From contig OY970223.1 in the NCBI GenBank assembly GCA_963714015.1, positions 2,016,001 to 2,080,000 on the forward strand: a stretch of 64,000 nucleotides of DNA, written 5' to 3'. This document shows positions 42,549 through 57,054 of this stretch, piece by piece (the first letter of the stretch is position 1; each line of letters starts with the position of its first letter). The stretch comes from Vulcanimicrobiota bacterium (GTDB lineage Bacteria; Vulcanimicrobiota; Vulcanimicrobiia; Vulcanimicrobiales; Vulcanimicrobiaceae). The notes under the pieces are model-generated. The model did no database searches, was not told the origin of the DNA, and saw only the letters and a program-made list of their open reading frames with translations. Made by a program: the position numbers and the translations under genes.

Positions 42549-44717
42549 TTACTGCATGAGTTTCTTGGTAAAGTACGTCCATTCGAGCGCCGAGGTATGG
42601 GCGCGTTCCTTCAGGTTTGCGCCCGCCCCATGGCCGCCTTCGGTAACTTCATAGAAGAGATACGGCACGCCCATCGAGGCAAGTTTTGCGGCGAACTTAC
42701 GGGCATGCTGCGGGCCTACGCGATCGTCTTTCGTCGTGGTCCAAATGAACGGTTCGGGATAGGCGACTCCGGCGCGCAAATTGTTGTAAGGCGAGATCTT
42801 GGCCAAGAAGGCGCGTTCGACCGGATTGGCAACGCTGCCGTACTCCCCTACCCACGATGCGCCGGCCTCGATCTTCTCGTAGCGCAGCATGTCCAGCAGC
42901 GGCACTTGAATATCGACGGCGTTCCACATGTCGGGATGCTGGGTGAATTCGACTCCCATGAGCAGACCGCCGTTGGAACCTCCTTCGATCCCCAAATATC
43001 GCGGCGAAGTAATGTTTCTCGTCACGAGATCCTTGCCCACTGCGTAGAAGTCGTCGTAGATACGCTGGCGATGCGTTTTCAGACCGGCCTCATGCCAGGC
43101 GGGCCCGAACTCGCCGCCGCCTCGGATGTTCGCGAGTACAAACACGCCTCCGTGCTCCAGCCACAGTTTGCCCAGTACGCCGGAGTAGAACGGCGTCATG
43201 GAGATTTGAAAACCGCCGTACGCGTTGAGAACGGTTGGATTTCGCCCGTTGAGCTGCATGTTCTTGGGATGGACGATGAAATACGGAATTTTGGTTCCGT
43301 CTTTCGAGGTCGCCTCGTGCTGTTCGACGACGTCGCTGGACGCATCGAATTCGGCGGGAAGCGATTTTTCCACAGTCGCGGTATCTTGCGCGGTATTGAC
43401 CGCCCAGAGCGTTGTGGGATTCAGGAAACTCGTCACCTCGACGAACGCGTTGCCGCCGCGCAAATCGGTGTCGACCAGGCTGACGGCGGCGTTGTCCGGC
43501 AGATCGAGACGGTGTGCGCTCCAAGTACCGTTCGCTTGGGGCGTGAAGACGACGGCGCGGCCGCGCACGTTCTGATAGAGCGTCACGAGCAGCTGCGAAC
43601 GGGTGGCGTTCACGGCGTCGATCGATTCCCGCGGTCCGGGATTGTAGACCACTGTTGGTTTCAACTTCTGCGGATCGGCTTTTACCGCGGCGAGATCGAC
43701 CGAGAGCAGCGCACCCGCCGCAAAATGCTTGCCGTCAGCGTCCCACGCTTGATTCGGCGTGAAGACGAGCCGTCCGTCGACGAGCGATTGAATGTTGGTC
43801 TTCAGCGGGATGTTCACGCGTTCGATTCCCGCCGGTGCGACCAGGTAGTATTGGTTGGTGAAGAAGGTCGTGCCTCGGCCGATCAGCGTTACCGAGTCGC
43901 CCGTTCCGTCGTGCATCGTGAAAGCGGAGGTGCTTACGTCGCTTTTCTGTCCGCGGAAAATTTCGACCGCGCTGCTGAGCGGCTGACCGCGTTTGAGGCG
44001 TTTGACGATATAGGCGTAGCCCGAGGTGGTGAGATCGCCGGGATTCCACTCACGCGAGACGAGCAGCGTATTTTGATCGATCCAGTCGGCTTGCTGCTTT
44101 CCGCGCGGCAGCACGAATCCGCCGGCAACGAATCGGCGAGTGCGCAAGTCGAATTCGCGAATCGTGACCGCGTCTTCGCCGCCGTCCGAAAGTGAGATTA
44201 GGCAGCGCCGCTCCGCCGGCCAATTGCAGTTTGCGCCTTCCCAAACCCAGTTTGCCTTCTCGGCTTTCGCGAGCGCGTCCAGGTCGAGCACCGTTGTCCA
44301 CTGCGGCGAACCGCCGGCATAGCTGGCCGGCGTCGTGCGGCGCCAAATCCCGCGCACGTGCGTATCGTCTTGCCAAAAATTATAGATGTCGCCGCCGATG
44401 AACGAAGGCGTCGGTATACGGCCCTTCGCTTGAGCCACTTTGAGCGCGTCGGCGTACAGCGCCGCGTAATGCGGATCGCCTTGCAGCACCGGGAGCGTCT
44501 TGGCGTTTTGCTCTCGCACCCACGCCATTGCCCGGGCGCCGTCCTTGTCCTCGAGCCAAAGGAATGGATCGCTTCCGTTCGGGCCGGCGGCCGGCGCTTT
44601 TGCAACGAACGTTTGTGCCGGATAATTCGCAGCCAGTGCGGGCAATGCCGCCACTGAAGCAAGCAATACAATAGCGACGGACGATCTTACGCTCTTCATG
44701 ATCGTAGCGTTCGACAT
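42549..44717 (-). CDS. Prolyl oligopeptidase family serine peptidase (secreted)
   Basis: DPFLWLE, NIRGGGEFG, GGSNGG, DDRV, GGHG. Confidence 0.95.
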   Translation of the reverse strand: MSNATIMKSVRSSVAIVLLASVAALPALAANYPAQTFVAKAPAAGPNGSDPFLWLEDKDGARAMAWVREQNAKTLPVLQGDPHYAALYADALKVAQAKGRIPTPSFIGGDIYNFWQDDTHVRGIWRRTTPASYAGGSPQWTTVLDLDALAKAEKANWVWEGANCNWPAERRCLISLSDGGEDAVTIREFDLRTRRFVAGGFVLPRGKQQADWIDQNTLLVSREWNPGDLTTSGYAYIVKRLKRGQPLSSAVEIFRGQKSDVSTSAFTMHDGTGDSVTLIGRGTTFFTNQYYLVAPAGIERVNIPLKTNIQSLVDGRLVFTPNQAWDADGKHFAAGALLSVDLAAVKADPQKLKPTVVYNPGPRESIDAVNATRSQLLVTLYQNVRGRAVVFTPQANGTWSAHRLDLPDNAAVSLVDTDLRGGNAFVEVTSFLNPTTLWAVNTAQDTATVEKSLPAEFDASSDVVEQHEATSKDGTKIPYFIVHPKNMQLNGRNPTVLNAYGGFQISMTPFYSGVLGKLWLEHGGVFVLANIRGGGEFGPAWHEAGLKTHRQRIYDDFYAVGKDLVTRNITSPRYLGIEGGSNGGLLMGVEFTQHPDMWNAVDIQVPLLDMLRYEKIEAGASWVGEYGSVANPVERAFLAKISPYNNLRAGVAYPEPFIWTTTKDDRVGPQHARKFAAKLASMGVPYLFYEVTEGGHGAGANLKERAHTSALEWTYFTKKLMQ

Positions 44718-44743
44718 AGACGATTGGCCGCCTCGGGCGGCGG

Positions 44744-45130
44744 CTAGTTGCGGGGACGGATGGGGAGAACGACGCGGACGGTTTTGCCGTTGTTGAGGAT
44801 TGGTTCGATGTCGATGTGTTCCGCCAGCGCGCTGACCAGGAAGAGCCCGCGCCCGCTTTCCGCCAGCGGATTTACCGGAAGCGACGGATTGAACTGAAAC
44901 ACCGGACCGTGATCTTCGACGCAGAGGATCGCTTCGTCGTAGTTCCAATCGAGCACGACCCGAATGCTACCCGGCGCATGACGTACGACGTTGCCGATCA
45001 GTTCCCCGAAGATCGTTTCACATGCGTTATAATCGCCGTCGCTCTCACCTTTGAGCTTGAGCGCACTTAGGAATTGCTCTCGAGCGCGAGTCGCTCGTTT
45101 TGCATCGGAAGAAGAAAAAGTCCAGAGCAC
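44744..45130 (-). CDS. RsbW-like ATP-binding (anti-sigma) protein
   Basis: ELIGNVVRHA, EDHG, ESGRGLFLV, GKTV. Confidence 0.85.
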   Translation of the reverse strand: MLWTFSSSDAKRATRAREQFLSALKLKGESDGDYNACETIFGELIGNVVRHAPGSIRVVLDWNYDEAILCVEDHGPVFQFNPSLPVNPLAESGRGLFLVSALAEHIDIEPILNNGKTVRVVLPIRPRN

Positions 45131-45171
45131 GGCTGGGCATACGTTTTCTGCCCTTGTGAAAACTCCTTATC

Positions 45172-47146
45172 TTACGGATGCGGGAATCCGGCGTCGTCAT
45201 ACGCTTTCGGATCCAGCAAGTACGTCTCACCGAAAAGCGACGCGGCCCAAACTGTACCATCACTTCGTGCCGCCGCCCCTTCGGGAGCTTTGGGGAGCCA
45301 ATATCGCGTTACGGCGCCGGAAGTGGTAACGTTCGCAATGTCGCCGTACGTTGACTCGGGCACCCACAAGGAGCCGTCCGGTCCTACGGTTATGTCTGAG
45401 ATGCCCGGAGCGCCGCGCCCGTCGTCCAGATCGAATGCACGCACCAAACCCTTCGGGGAAACAGATCCGACGTATCGGTCGCCGTCGACCCACCAGATAG
45501 AGCCGTCGTTGCGGTTCAACGCCATTTTCCAAATCGTCGTGGGAAGCGCGCGCAGAGGGATCGGAGGCAAGATGGTTCCGGAAACGTTGATGCGTCCCAT
45601 CGCCGCCGGCTTACTGCCGCTTGCCGGCATGTAGAACCAAAGATTCCCGCCCGGGCCGGTTGCGATCGCGTGCGGCTGCCGGGCACTCGCCCGATCGGTA
45701 ATGCGAAATTGCTGAACTGTCCCGGTCGCCGCGTTGATGAAGCCGACAGCGCCGCCGTTTGAATCGAATAATGTGAACCATACGTTGTCGTCCGGTCCGA
45801 GTGTGATGCCGCCGATACTTCCGCCCGCCGAGACGTAGTCGGTGATCGGATACCCGGAGACGCTGCCGTCCGGGCGCACTTCGATCAGTGCGGGCTGGAT
45901 GGCGGTGTGACCGTACGTTCCGGAAATCCATGCGTCGCCGGATGCGTCGACGACGACACTCTGTAAGTTGCCGAAATTCGCCGGAGCTGCGTATTCGGCG
46001 ATGTTGCCCTTCTTACCGACCTTCAGAACCTTGTTTGCGCCGCTTTCAACGACCCACGCGCTCTGATTGCGCGCCGTCACGATGCCTTGAGGCTCCGCGG
46101 GAATCGACGGCATTTCGAAACGGGACGCGGGGCTGGCTCTGGGCGCGGGAGTCGGACCAGTCGTCGTGAGCGAAGCGGTGACGTAAGTTCCGTGCAGTTG
46201 CGGCGCGGTCTGGCAGAATTCAATCTCGTCCATATCGGAGTTGTACGCGATCCAACGCGGACTCTCGATGAACGAGAAAAAGCCGTCACCGTTTCTGAAA
46301 AGCGGCGCGCCGAATCCCGCAATCGGCGCGGCGTATTTGTTTGCGTCCACTCTCCAGATTTCGCCGTCTTCCTGATCCGCGACGTAGAGCACGCCGTTTT
46401 GCGTATCGAATGCGATGCCGTCCGGCTGGCCGAAAACGGCAGCGGTTCCATTTCCCGGCCGTGTTTCCCGGCCAGCACGGCGCTATTCCGTTCGGCCCTT
46501 CCGGTACGCAATGTCCCGCAAACGTGGAAACGGCGCCGCTTGCGGTTACCAGATAGATGACGTCGGAGGTAGCATCGGCGACGTAAAACATTCCCGCTTC
46601 ACCCATCGCGATCGCCGGCGGCGGCTCACCCTGTTGCGGGGCTGGGATCGTTCCGGGAGCGGTAACGGTCTTAGGAGCGCCGGACCAAACCGTTGCGACG
46701 TGATCGTAATCGACGACGTAAGGCAGACCGGCGGCATCCGTCGTGAGCGCTTCGATCTGTTTGAATCCGGCCGCAATCCTAGACACGCCCCCCGTTCGTG
46801 GCGCCTGATACACGGCCGTTCGACTCGAGAAAACGAACGCGCGCAGCGCGCGGCTGTACGCAACGCCCGTGATGAGCTGTCCCGGATCGGTCGAGGGGAG
46901 CGCAATCGGCAAGGCGTCCCCGCTCAGTGTCCAGAGCCGGGCTCCGAGGGCGACGACCGCCATGTGGTCGTCGCGATCATACGCGATCGGCCCGCCAATG
47001 TTGGCCCTCAAGCGTACGTCATAAATGGGACGGGAATGTGCCGCGCGGATCGCGTCCGCCTGCGGAATCGGCGCTATGCCGGCGCGTCCGCCGCCGCACC
47101 CTGCGAGAAGCACAAAACCCAACCCGACGCACCAGCCCGCCCGCAT
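45172..47146 (-). CDS. Vgb/NHL-repeat beta-propeller lipoprotein, frameshifted at about 46450
   Basis: GGAGG RBS, lipobox LAGC; YVAD and GPD..W blades in two overlapping ORFs. Confidence 0.72.
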
Positions 47147-47239
47147 ATCGCTCCTCCCGGTACGAAAACGCCCTGCCGAAAGTACGCGCAAGCAGGCGCT
47201 CGAGCCTGGCAAGCGAGAGGAGGGCTGCACCCGCTGCAG

Positions 47240-47268
47240 TTGCACTGCACGGGCCAAGCCGGTATACT
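47240..47268 (+). promoter_or_regulatory. Sigma70-type promoter of rpoC
   Basis: TTGCAC-N17-TATACT. Confidence 0.75.
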
Positions 47269-47440
47269 AGTGGACTGTGCCCGGGCCCGGCGGACGCGCC
47301 GCGGCACCAGCTTAAGGCAGCGGTGGGACGGCTTACGAGACAACGTGAGAACCGCGATCCCTGCGCAAGCCGCGGCCGGTATGGGCATCCAGCCTTCGAC
47401 GGGTTCAGGCTCCTTCGCAGGCACGGGATGACAGAAACAC

Positions 47441-51272
<3,832 letters not shown>

Positions 51273-51298
51273 CGCCAGCTACGGGCGAGGAAAGGAAT

Positions 51299-51331
51299 GA
51301 GCCGCGGTTTGCACCGCGGCTCTTCCGTTTT
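51299..51331 (+). terminator. Intrinsic terminator after rpoC
   Basis: GAGCCGCGGT-TTGC-ACCGCGGCTC then TTCCGTTTT. Confidence 0.8.
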
Positions 51332-51400
51332 AACGGCTCAAACCTCAGGGCCCCACTCGTGTCTGAGCTTCGAGCAGCGATGGTTCGCCGGGCGAGGACT

Positions 51401-52020
51401 CTACCAATAGGCGGGATTGATCTTTCCAAAGCCGCCGTCGTACTGGGTGGCATTGTCACCGTAGAATAGAATGCCGGCCGAGTCGATCGTCATCGTATCG
51501 GGATCTGCGTAGGTATACTTGTGAGGAAGAATGGGCCACTCGACGACTGTGCCGTTCGGCGACACGCGTCCGACGGATTGCGTTACCGAATCTCCGTAGT
51601 AGAGATTGCCGGACGCGTCCATCGCGCAACCGGCCGCAGTGGCGTAGTCTACACCGAGATTGGCAGGGTACGATGCGACGTACTGCCCATCCGTGTTGAA
51701 CGTTACAATGGAAGGCGCGGACAGCCCGGGCGGCATGATCGACCAAAAATTGCCGTCTTTTCCGACGCAGAAATCGCCCGCACCCTGGGGCAGCTGCGGA
51801 ATGGAGTATGCGGTAACCCCTCCAGCAGTCGTCACTTTTGCGACCTCGTAGCCGTCTGCGATCCACAAATTGCGATCGGGACCTACTACTATCGTTGTGG
51901 GCGGATATAAGTCGGGAAGATGGTAGAACGCCATGGTGCCGTCCTGCGTAACGCGGCCAACGTTTGAGTAGCCGGTTTCGCCCGTGTTGTTCGTGAACCA
52001 AACGGGTGCGTCGTCTCCGT
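51401..52020 (-). pseudogene. 5'-truncated Vgb-like beta-propeller gene
   Basis: VWFTN, VGRVTQDG, GPDRNLW; no signal peptide or N-terminus. Confidence 0.65.
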
Positions 52021-52282
52021 GAAAAAATATACGGCGTCGCCGGTTCCAAACGTGTGGGACGTGTTCTCCGATCAGAACGGCGTTTGGGTCGCCGACTACA
52101 ACTACGGGGTTGTTCGAATCGCTCCGGACGGAACGGTAGCAGAATTCCCAACGTTCGCCGCTAATTCGGTTCCGGAAAGTGTGACCACAAACGCCGGCAA
52201 CCTGTATTTCGCCGACACGATTTCCGAGGGCTCCGAAAACTATGTCGGCGGCTTCGGATCGGTGCTCGAATCGAACTGGTAG
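52019..52282 (+). pseudogene. 5'-truncated Vgb-like beta-propeller gene
   Basis: VWVAD, RIAPDG, GNLYFAD; C-terminal part only. Confidence 0.6.
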
Positions 52283-52303
52283 AGCTCCGCCGAGGGCCAG
52301 TGT

Positions 52304-53569
52304 CTACCGGAGACGGAGCTGTGCTTCGATGCCCTGCCAAACCGTCCGCGTCGTAGCACGGCTTACGTCGTTCTCCTTAGCGAACCGTCGAAAGTCGCCG
52401 ACTGCGGCAATCACGTCCTCAACGATGTGCTCGCAGCGGTGTGCCCGACGGAAAAGATAGTCGTGCGCGACCCGGAGCACGTCCGCGCGCCGAATGTCTT
52501 TTCCCAAACCGTTTACGGCTAGATAATGCTCGCCGCCCGGGCCGCGCGAATAGGTCAAGTCGTAGGCCGGCGCGAGCGTCCATCGGCCGGAGTCGTCCAT
52601 CAAGAACGCGTGCTGCTTGGGGTGATCGTCCCGGTTGTGAGCGAACACGTTGAACGTCATGCGACGGACGATCTGCTCAATCGCGCGCGCGTCCGCGGTG
52701 ACGCGCTGCGTTAACCGCAGCAGGGTTTGATAATCGATTACACCGGGCTGCGCCCACGGAAGGTCGAGCATTCCCGCTGCGGAGAGCACGTGCATGCGCC
52801 GGTTGCCCGCGGCGCGATCGAACCTTTTGGTCGCAAAGTATCCCGGACCGGTGTGTGAGGAGATCAGCCGCGTGTCGCTCATTATTATTCCTGCGGCGCG
52901 GGCCATCGCGGCATACGCGCACTCGAGCGGGCCGACATCGGCCAGGTCCGCGGCGCTACTGCGGAACTTGACCAGCAACGCCTCGTAACCGTCGGGGATA
53001 GACTCGGCGCCGGCGATCATGCGTCCATCGGTGTTCATGGCAACGAGCACTTTGGGGCGCGCGCCTCCGGACGAGCCGCCCAACGCTTGGAGCTGCGACA
53101 ACACCGCCGTGTCACTACCATCGATCACCGCGCCGAGCTGACTCTCGAGCGCATCCAGGTCCAGTTGCTGGTCTCGCTGCATCGAGTCGAGTGGCGATTC
53201 CGGTTCATAGGTGAGCGCACCCATGCCGCGAGAACCGATAATCGCCAGAACGTCCAACGGTGAGAGGTTCGCCGGGATCTTGCCTTGTTCGGCGATGCGC
53301 CGATCGATAAGAAGCCGCCCCCAAGCATCCGGCAGCGAATCCCCAAAGACGCCGTGCAGCCCGTCGAACGCGCGAGGATCCTTCGCCCGAATCGGCCCTG
53401 GTCGAGGGGCATCCAGCAGCGGGTTGATCCGTAGACCACTCGCAATGAAATCCTGCGCATATTCAAAAACAGCAAGACCGCGATCCATTGCAAGGCGTCC
53501 CACTGGAACGCGACGGCCGGGCGCAAAGGTTAGGAACGCGCGTAGCGCTTGGCCGGCCGGAACGATCAT
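52304..53569 (-). CDS. hipA: HipA family kinase toxin
   Basis: DSLPDAWG, GGARPK, KRFDR, NRDDHPKQ, LAPAYD. Confidence 0.93.
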   Translation of the reverse strand: MIVPAGQALRAFLTFAPGRRVPVGRLAMDRGLAVFEYAQDFIASGLRINPLLDAPRPGPIRAKDPRAFDGLHGVFGDSLPDAWGRLLIDRRIAEQGKIPANLSPLDVLAIIGSRGMGALTYEPESPLDSMQRDQQLDLDALESQLGAVIDGSDTAVLSQLQALGGSSGGARPKVLVAMNTDGRMIAGAESIPDGYEALLVKFRSSAADLADVGPLECAYAAMARAAGIIMSDTRLISSHTGPGYFATKRFDRAAGNRRMHVLSAAGMLDLPWAQPGVIDYQTLLRLTQRVTADARAIEQIVRRMTFNVFAHNRDDHPKQHAFLMDDSGRWTLAPAYDLTYSRGPGGEHYLAVNGLGKDIRRADVLRVAHDYLFRRAHRCEHIVEDVIAAVGDFRRFAKENDVSRATTRTVWQGIEAQLRLR

Positions 53570-53898
53570 CGGCGCGCGCGCGCGACGCGGGTGGGCGCCT
53601 TACGCGCGGTTACTTCTAATACTTGATCGACGGTGGGCGTTTCGGACTCCCGGAACAGAGTCGCAAGGGTTTCCACCGATCGTAAGGCAAGGGCGACCCG
53701 AACTAAGATATCGGTTCCTACCGGTTCGCCTGCCTCCATGCGCACGATCGTCTTACGGCCGACGCCGGCGGCGGCCGCCAGTTCCGCCTGGGTTATCCTG
53801 CGTCGAATACGCAGCGCCTTCGCCTGGTTGCCAACGCGGGCGAGAATCTCCGCGGGCGCAAGGAGTGGAAGGGCCATGTCTGATACATTGAGTCTCAT
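53566..53898 (-). CDS. XRE-HTH antitoxin (HipB-like)
   Basis: ITQAELAAAAGVGRKTIVRMEAG; overlaps the hipA start; alternative start at 53877. Confidence 0.85.
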   Translation of the reverse strand: MRLNVSDMALPLLAPAEILARVGNQAKALRIRRRITQAELAAAAGVGRKTIVRMEAGEPVGTDILVRVALALRSVETLATLFRESETPTVDQVLEVTARKAPTRVARARR

Positions 53899-53928
53899 TA
53901 CTGCGTGTAATGTATCATATATGATCCA
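53881..53928. promoter_or_regulatory. Candidate autoregulatory operator of the TA operon
   Basis: TGATACATT...AATGTATCA inverted repeat plus ATCATATATGAT palindrome in the AT-rich upstream region. Confidence 0.5.
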
Positions 53929-53932
53929 CTAA

Positions 53933-54386
<454 letters not shown>

Positions 54387-54403
54387 GCCCGCCCCCCCCG
54401 AGC

Positions 54404-54826
54404 CTACGTAACCGCCACGGCAGCACCGCCCGGCGTGCCCTTCTGATTATCGCCCCATTTGTTCGGCCCAGGCTCGCTATCCGTGCAGTTGAAGATGAGA
54501 AGTACGATCGCCCCAGCCAGAGGTATGAGCGCGATAAAATACCACCACCCGCTTTTTCCAACGTCGTGGAGACGGCGGACCTGGACGGCGATTCCAGGAA
54601 TGAACGTTGCCAAACCGTAGATATTCACCGGCGTAGACGCCGTGTTAAACGCACCGACGAACTGCTGATCGAAGGTGCCGCTCCAGCCGCGCATGACCAG
54701 CAGCACCGGAATCAACATAACGGCCGAGATCAAGAAGTTGATCAACGAGAACATCCAATACTCGGTGCGCGTCGATCGACCGCGAAAATCGACATAGCGC
54801 CGCAAGCAGCGAACGTACCACTTCAT
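54404..54826 (-). CDS. DUF805 family membrane protein
   Basis: FRGRSTRTEYW, VRRLHDVGKSGW, GPNKWG. Confidence 0.92.
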   Translation of the reverse strand: MKWYVRCLRRYVDFRGRSTRTEYWMFSLINFLISAVMLIPVLLVMRGWSGTFDQQFVGAFNTASTPVNIYGLATFIPGIAVQVRRLHDVGKSGWWYFIALIPLAGAIVLLIFNCTDSEPGPNKWGDNQKGTPGGAAVAVT

Positions 54827-54839
54827 TCGTGGCCTCGCC

Positions 54840-55310
54840 TCATCGCGGCTGCGGCCGTATCGATCTCGTGACGCGCATTTGCGGCGAGCCGCTCCCGTTC
54901 ACGACGTTGACGTAAACCTTCACCGTTCGAGCGTGCGCATCCGTAATCGAAAGCGTGCAGGAGCCCACCGCGGCCGGATTTACCTGAATGTTATGATCGA
55001 ATCCGCTCTCGACGGACGCAGTGCAAACGGACGAATTGGATGGGGTCACGGTAAACGGTCCGCTGTTCCCGGTCTCGCCGATGCCGATAAGCCCCGGCGG
55101 GAACGGATTACCGCCGGCGTCGCTGCTGTACAGCTTCAGCGTGTTCGACGGATAGACAGCCCACTTAGACGACAGCGTCACGTGCTCAATGCAGCCGACT
55201 TGCCGTACCGTGTAGCAACCGACCCAAGGCGACCCGACCTTGTCGACCACGATACCGCCGAACGCCCTGGGAATGAGCGGCAAAATGGTCATGTGCTTGG
55301 TGGCCGTATC
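54840..55310 (-). pseudogene. 3' fragment of a beta-propeller/Ig-like surface protein gene
   Basis: GSPWVG blade then SNSSVCTA...GSCTLSITD; 5' end replaced by vsr sequence. Confidence 0.5.
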
Positions 55311-55312
55311 AT

Positions 55313-55578
55313 GACACGAAAATTGAGCACCTTGCCCGCAAGCTGTTATCGGAGCTTCGTGTTCGTTACCATTCACCGGATAAATCTGCCAGGCACCCCG
55401 AATCTTTTTATGCCGTGGCTTCGTGTTGCCGTGTTCGTAAATGGGTGCTTCTGGCATGGCCATAACGCAAGCGTGGATCCGCACTGACCATCAGGAATCG
55501 GCCTTACTGGGTGAACAACATACGCACGAATGTGGAACGTGACCGCTCCGTACGCGGGTCGCTGCAGACACTCGGTGA
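55313..55578 (+). pseudogene. vsr: Very-short-patch repair endonuclease remnant
   Basis: DTKIE, LPGTP, AVFVNGCFWHGH, YW..NI..NVERD across frameshifts. Confidence 0.82.
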
Positions 55579-55753
55579 TCGGCTCAGTTAGTTCTCTGGA
55601 AATGCTAGGCGAAAGGGCTCGAACGCGCATGTGATGGCTTGGCCCCCGCTTATCATCAAGCCGATAACCGTTGATAGTTCAGGTGCACCAGGCCGTTCGG
55701 GCCAGGGCGCTGCGCTGGGAGGGAAAAAACCACCGTCCGCCCTAGTTACGAGT

Positions 55754-55915
55754 GTGCCAACGAGTTATTACGTCTACAATTGCCTAAGGTGTGGTAAGGA
55801 ACACAAGCTTCGGTTCAAGCCGAAGGAAGAGTATTGCAGTGTATGCTTTCATGATATCAAATTCGAACGCATGAAAGCGGCCGAGGAAAAAAGGACACGG
55901 AAGGGCCCAAGGTAG
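55754..55915 (+). CDS. Small zinc-ribbon protein
   Basis: YNCLRCG...YCSVC; start uncertain. Confidence 0.45.
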   Translation: MPTSYYVYNCLRCGKEHKLRFKPKEEYCSVCFHDIKFERMKAAEEKRTRKGPR

Positions 55916-56282
55916 ACTTAAGAACAGCCGGGTCCGGTTCGAGAGCCCAAGCCAGCGTGGATGTAACGCGGGTGCGCTCCCTCTGAATCGCGGCCGGTTG
56001 GAGAAGCCGCTTAGGCTGCTGAATGTCGAAAGCTTTGTCTGCCATGTGGGATTAGCGATTATCCAGCCGATGCTCTCTTACAGTTGCGGTTTGCTTTAAG
56101 ACCTTATTAGAAGCCGGCGGCCAGCATACTCGAACGACCGGGTACTTTTGTCCGCTCGTAAGCCGAAGCGACCCTTCGCGCAGTTGCGACAGTCGAAGAT
56201 TGCTCCAACCCTACCGGGCGTGTGCCTGTGGTCCGAGCGCCAATGTTCATAAACCCGCCCGCGTGCTATTAGCGAACGCGGC

Positions 56283-56534
56283 CTACGCTCGCCTCTTGCG
56301 GTCCGCGCGCTCCGCGCGGTCGATCAGCCGTGAGAGACATAATCCTAATGCTAGTGATATTCGGAATAGATTTTCCAATTTTGGGTTCGCTGTGTCGCCC
56401 GCTTCTATCTTCTGGTAATGGCGGACGCTTACACCGGCCTCGAATGCAACCGCCTCCTGACTGAGTCCGGCCTCCTGGCGTATTGAACGAATTACCTTAG
56501 AGACGGACCGAGCGAAATCGTCGTATTCCCTCAT
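56283..56534 (-). CDS. XRE family HTH regulator (possibly an R-M controller)
   Basis: GLSQEAVAFEAGVSVRHYQKIEAG..NPKL. Confidence 0.85.
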   Translation of the reverse strand: MREYDDFARSVSKVIRSIRQEAGLSQEAVAFEAGVSVRHYQKIEAGDTANPKLENLFRISLALGLCLSRLIDRAERADRKRRA

Positions 56535-57054
56535 GACGTCATTGTTACATATGCCGCGTCCTGCGAGACACGATATAAATGACGCGTCGCCAGGAACGTG
56601 GGGGAACGACATAGAATCGCTCATTCCAATGGTTAAATCACAGCCAATTGGAGGGTTGGATGCTTAGCGACCGGACGCCACCTGGGCAGTGCTGGCTTTG
56701 CAGAGAGCACCGCCGGAGGGCTTATGCTGGTTCGACCCTCGAAATACAGGAGCCCCCAGATATCGCGCCGAACGTAAGTTCGCCCACAAGATGTGGGGAC
56801 CGTGCGAAATGCGGCTGGACCCAGATCGAGGCGGATACGGAGGCTTTCTCATGGGGAGATTTCCGACCCTAAGTGGTTGACTTTTGGAACGAGCGCCTAT
56901 TTCTGCGAAGCGACGGCGTTACGATAGACATCAAAAGGTTGCGCTGCCAACGATTGGCGCTCGCAGCTGCCACGACGAGCGAATCGCTGCAGTCGCTACT
57001 GCGCGTGGAGTCTGTGTAAGTCGCGGCGCCACAATTATGGTTGCGCAAGTATGA

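Noticed and set aside
51401..52282. Shufflon-type invertible cassette
   Set aside because: The fragments have their 3' ends outward, no constant 5' gene lies adjacent and no recombinase is present.
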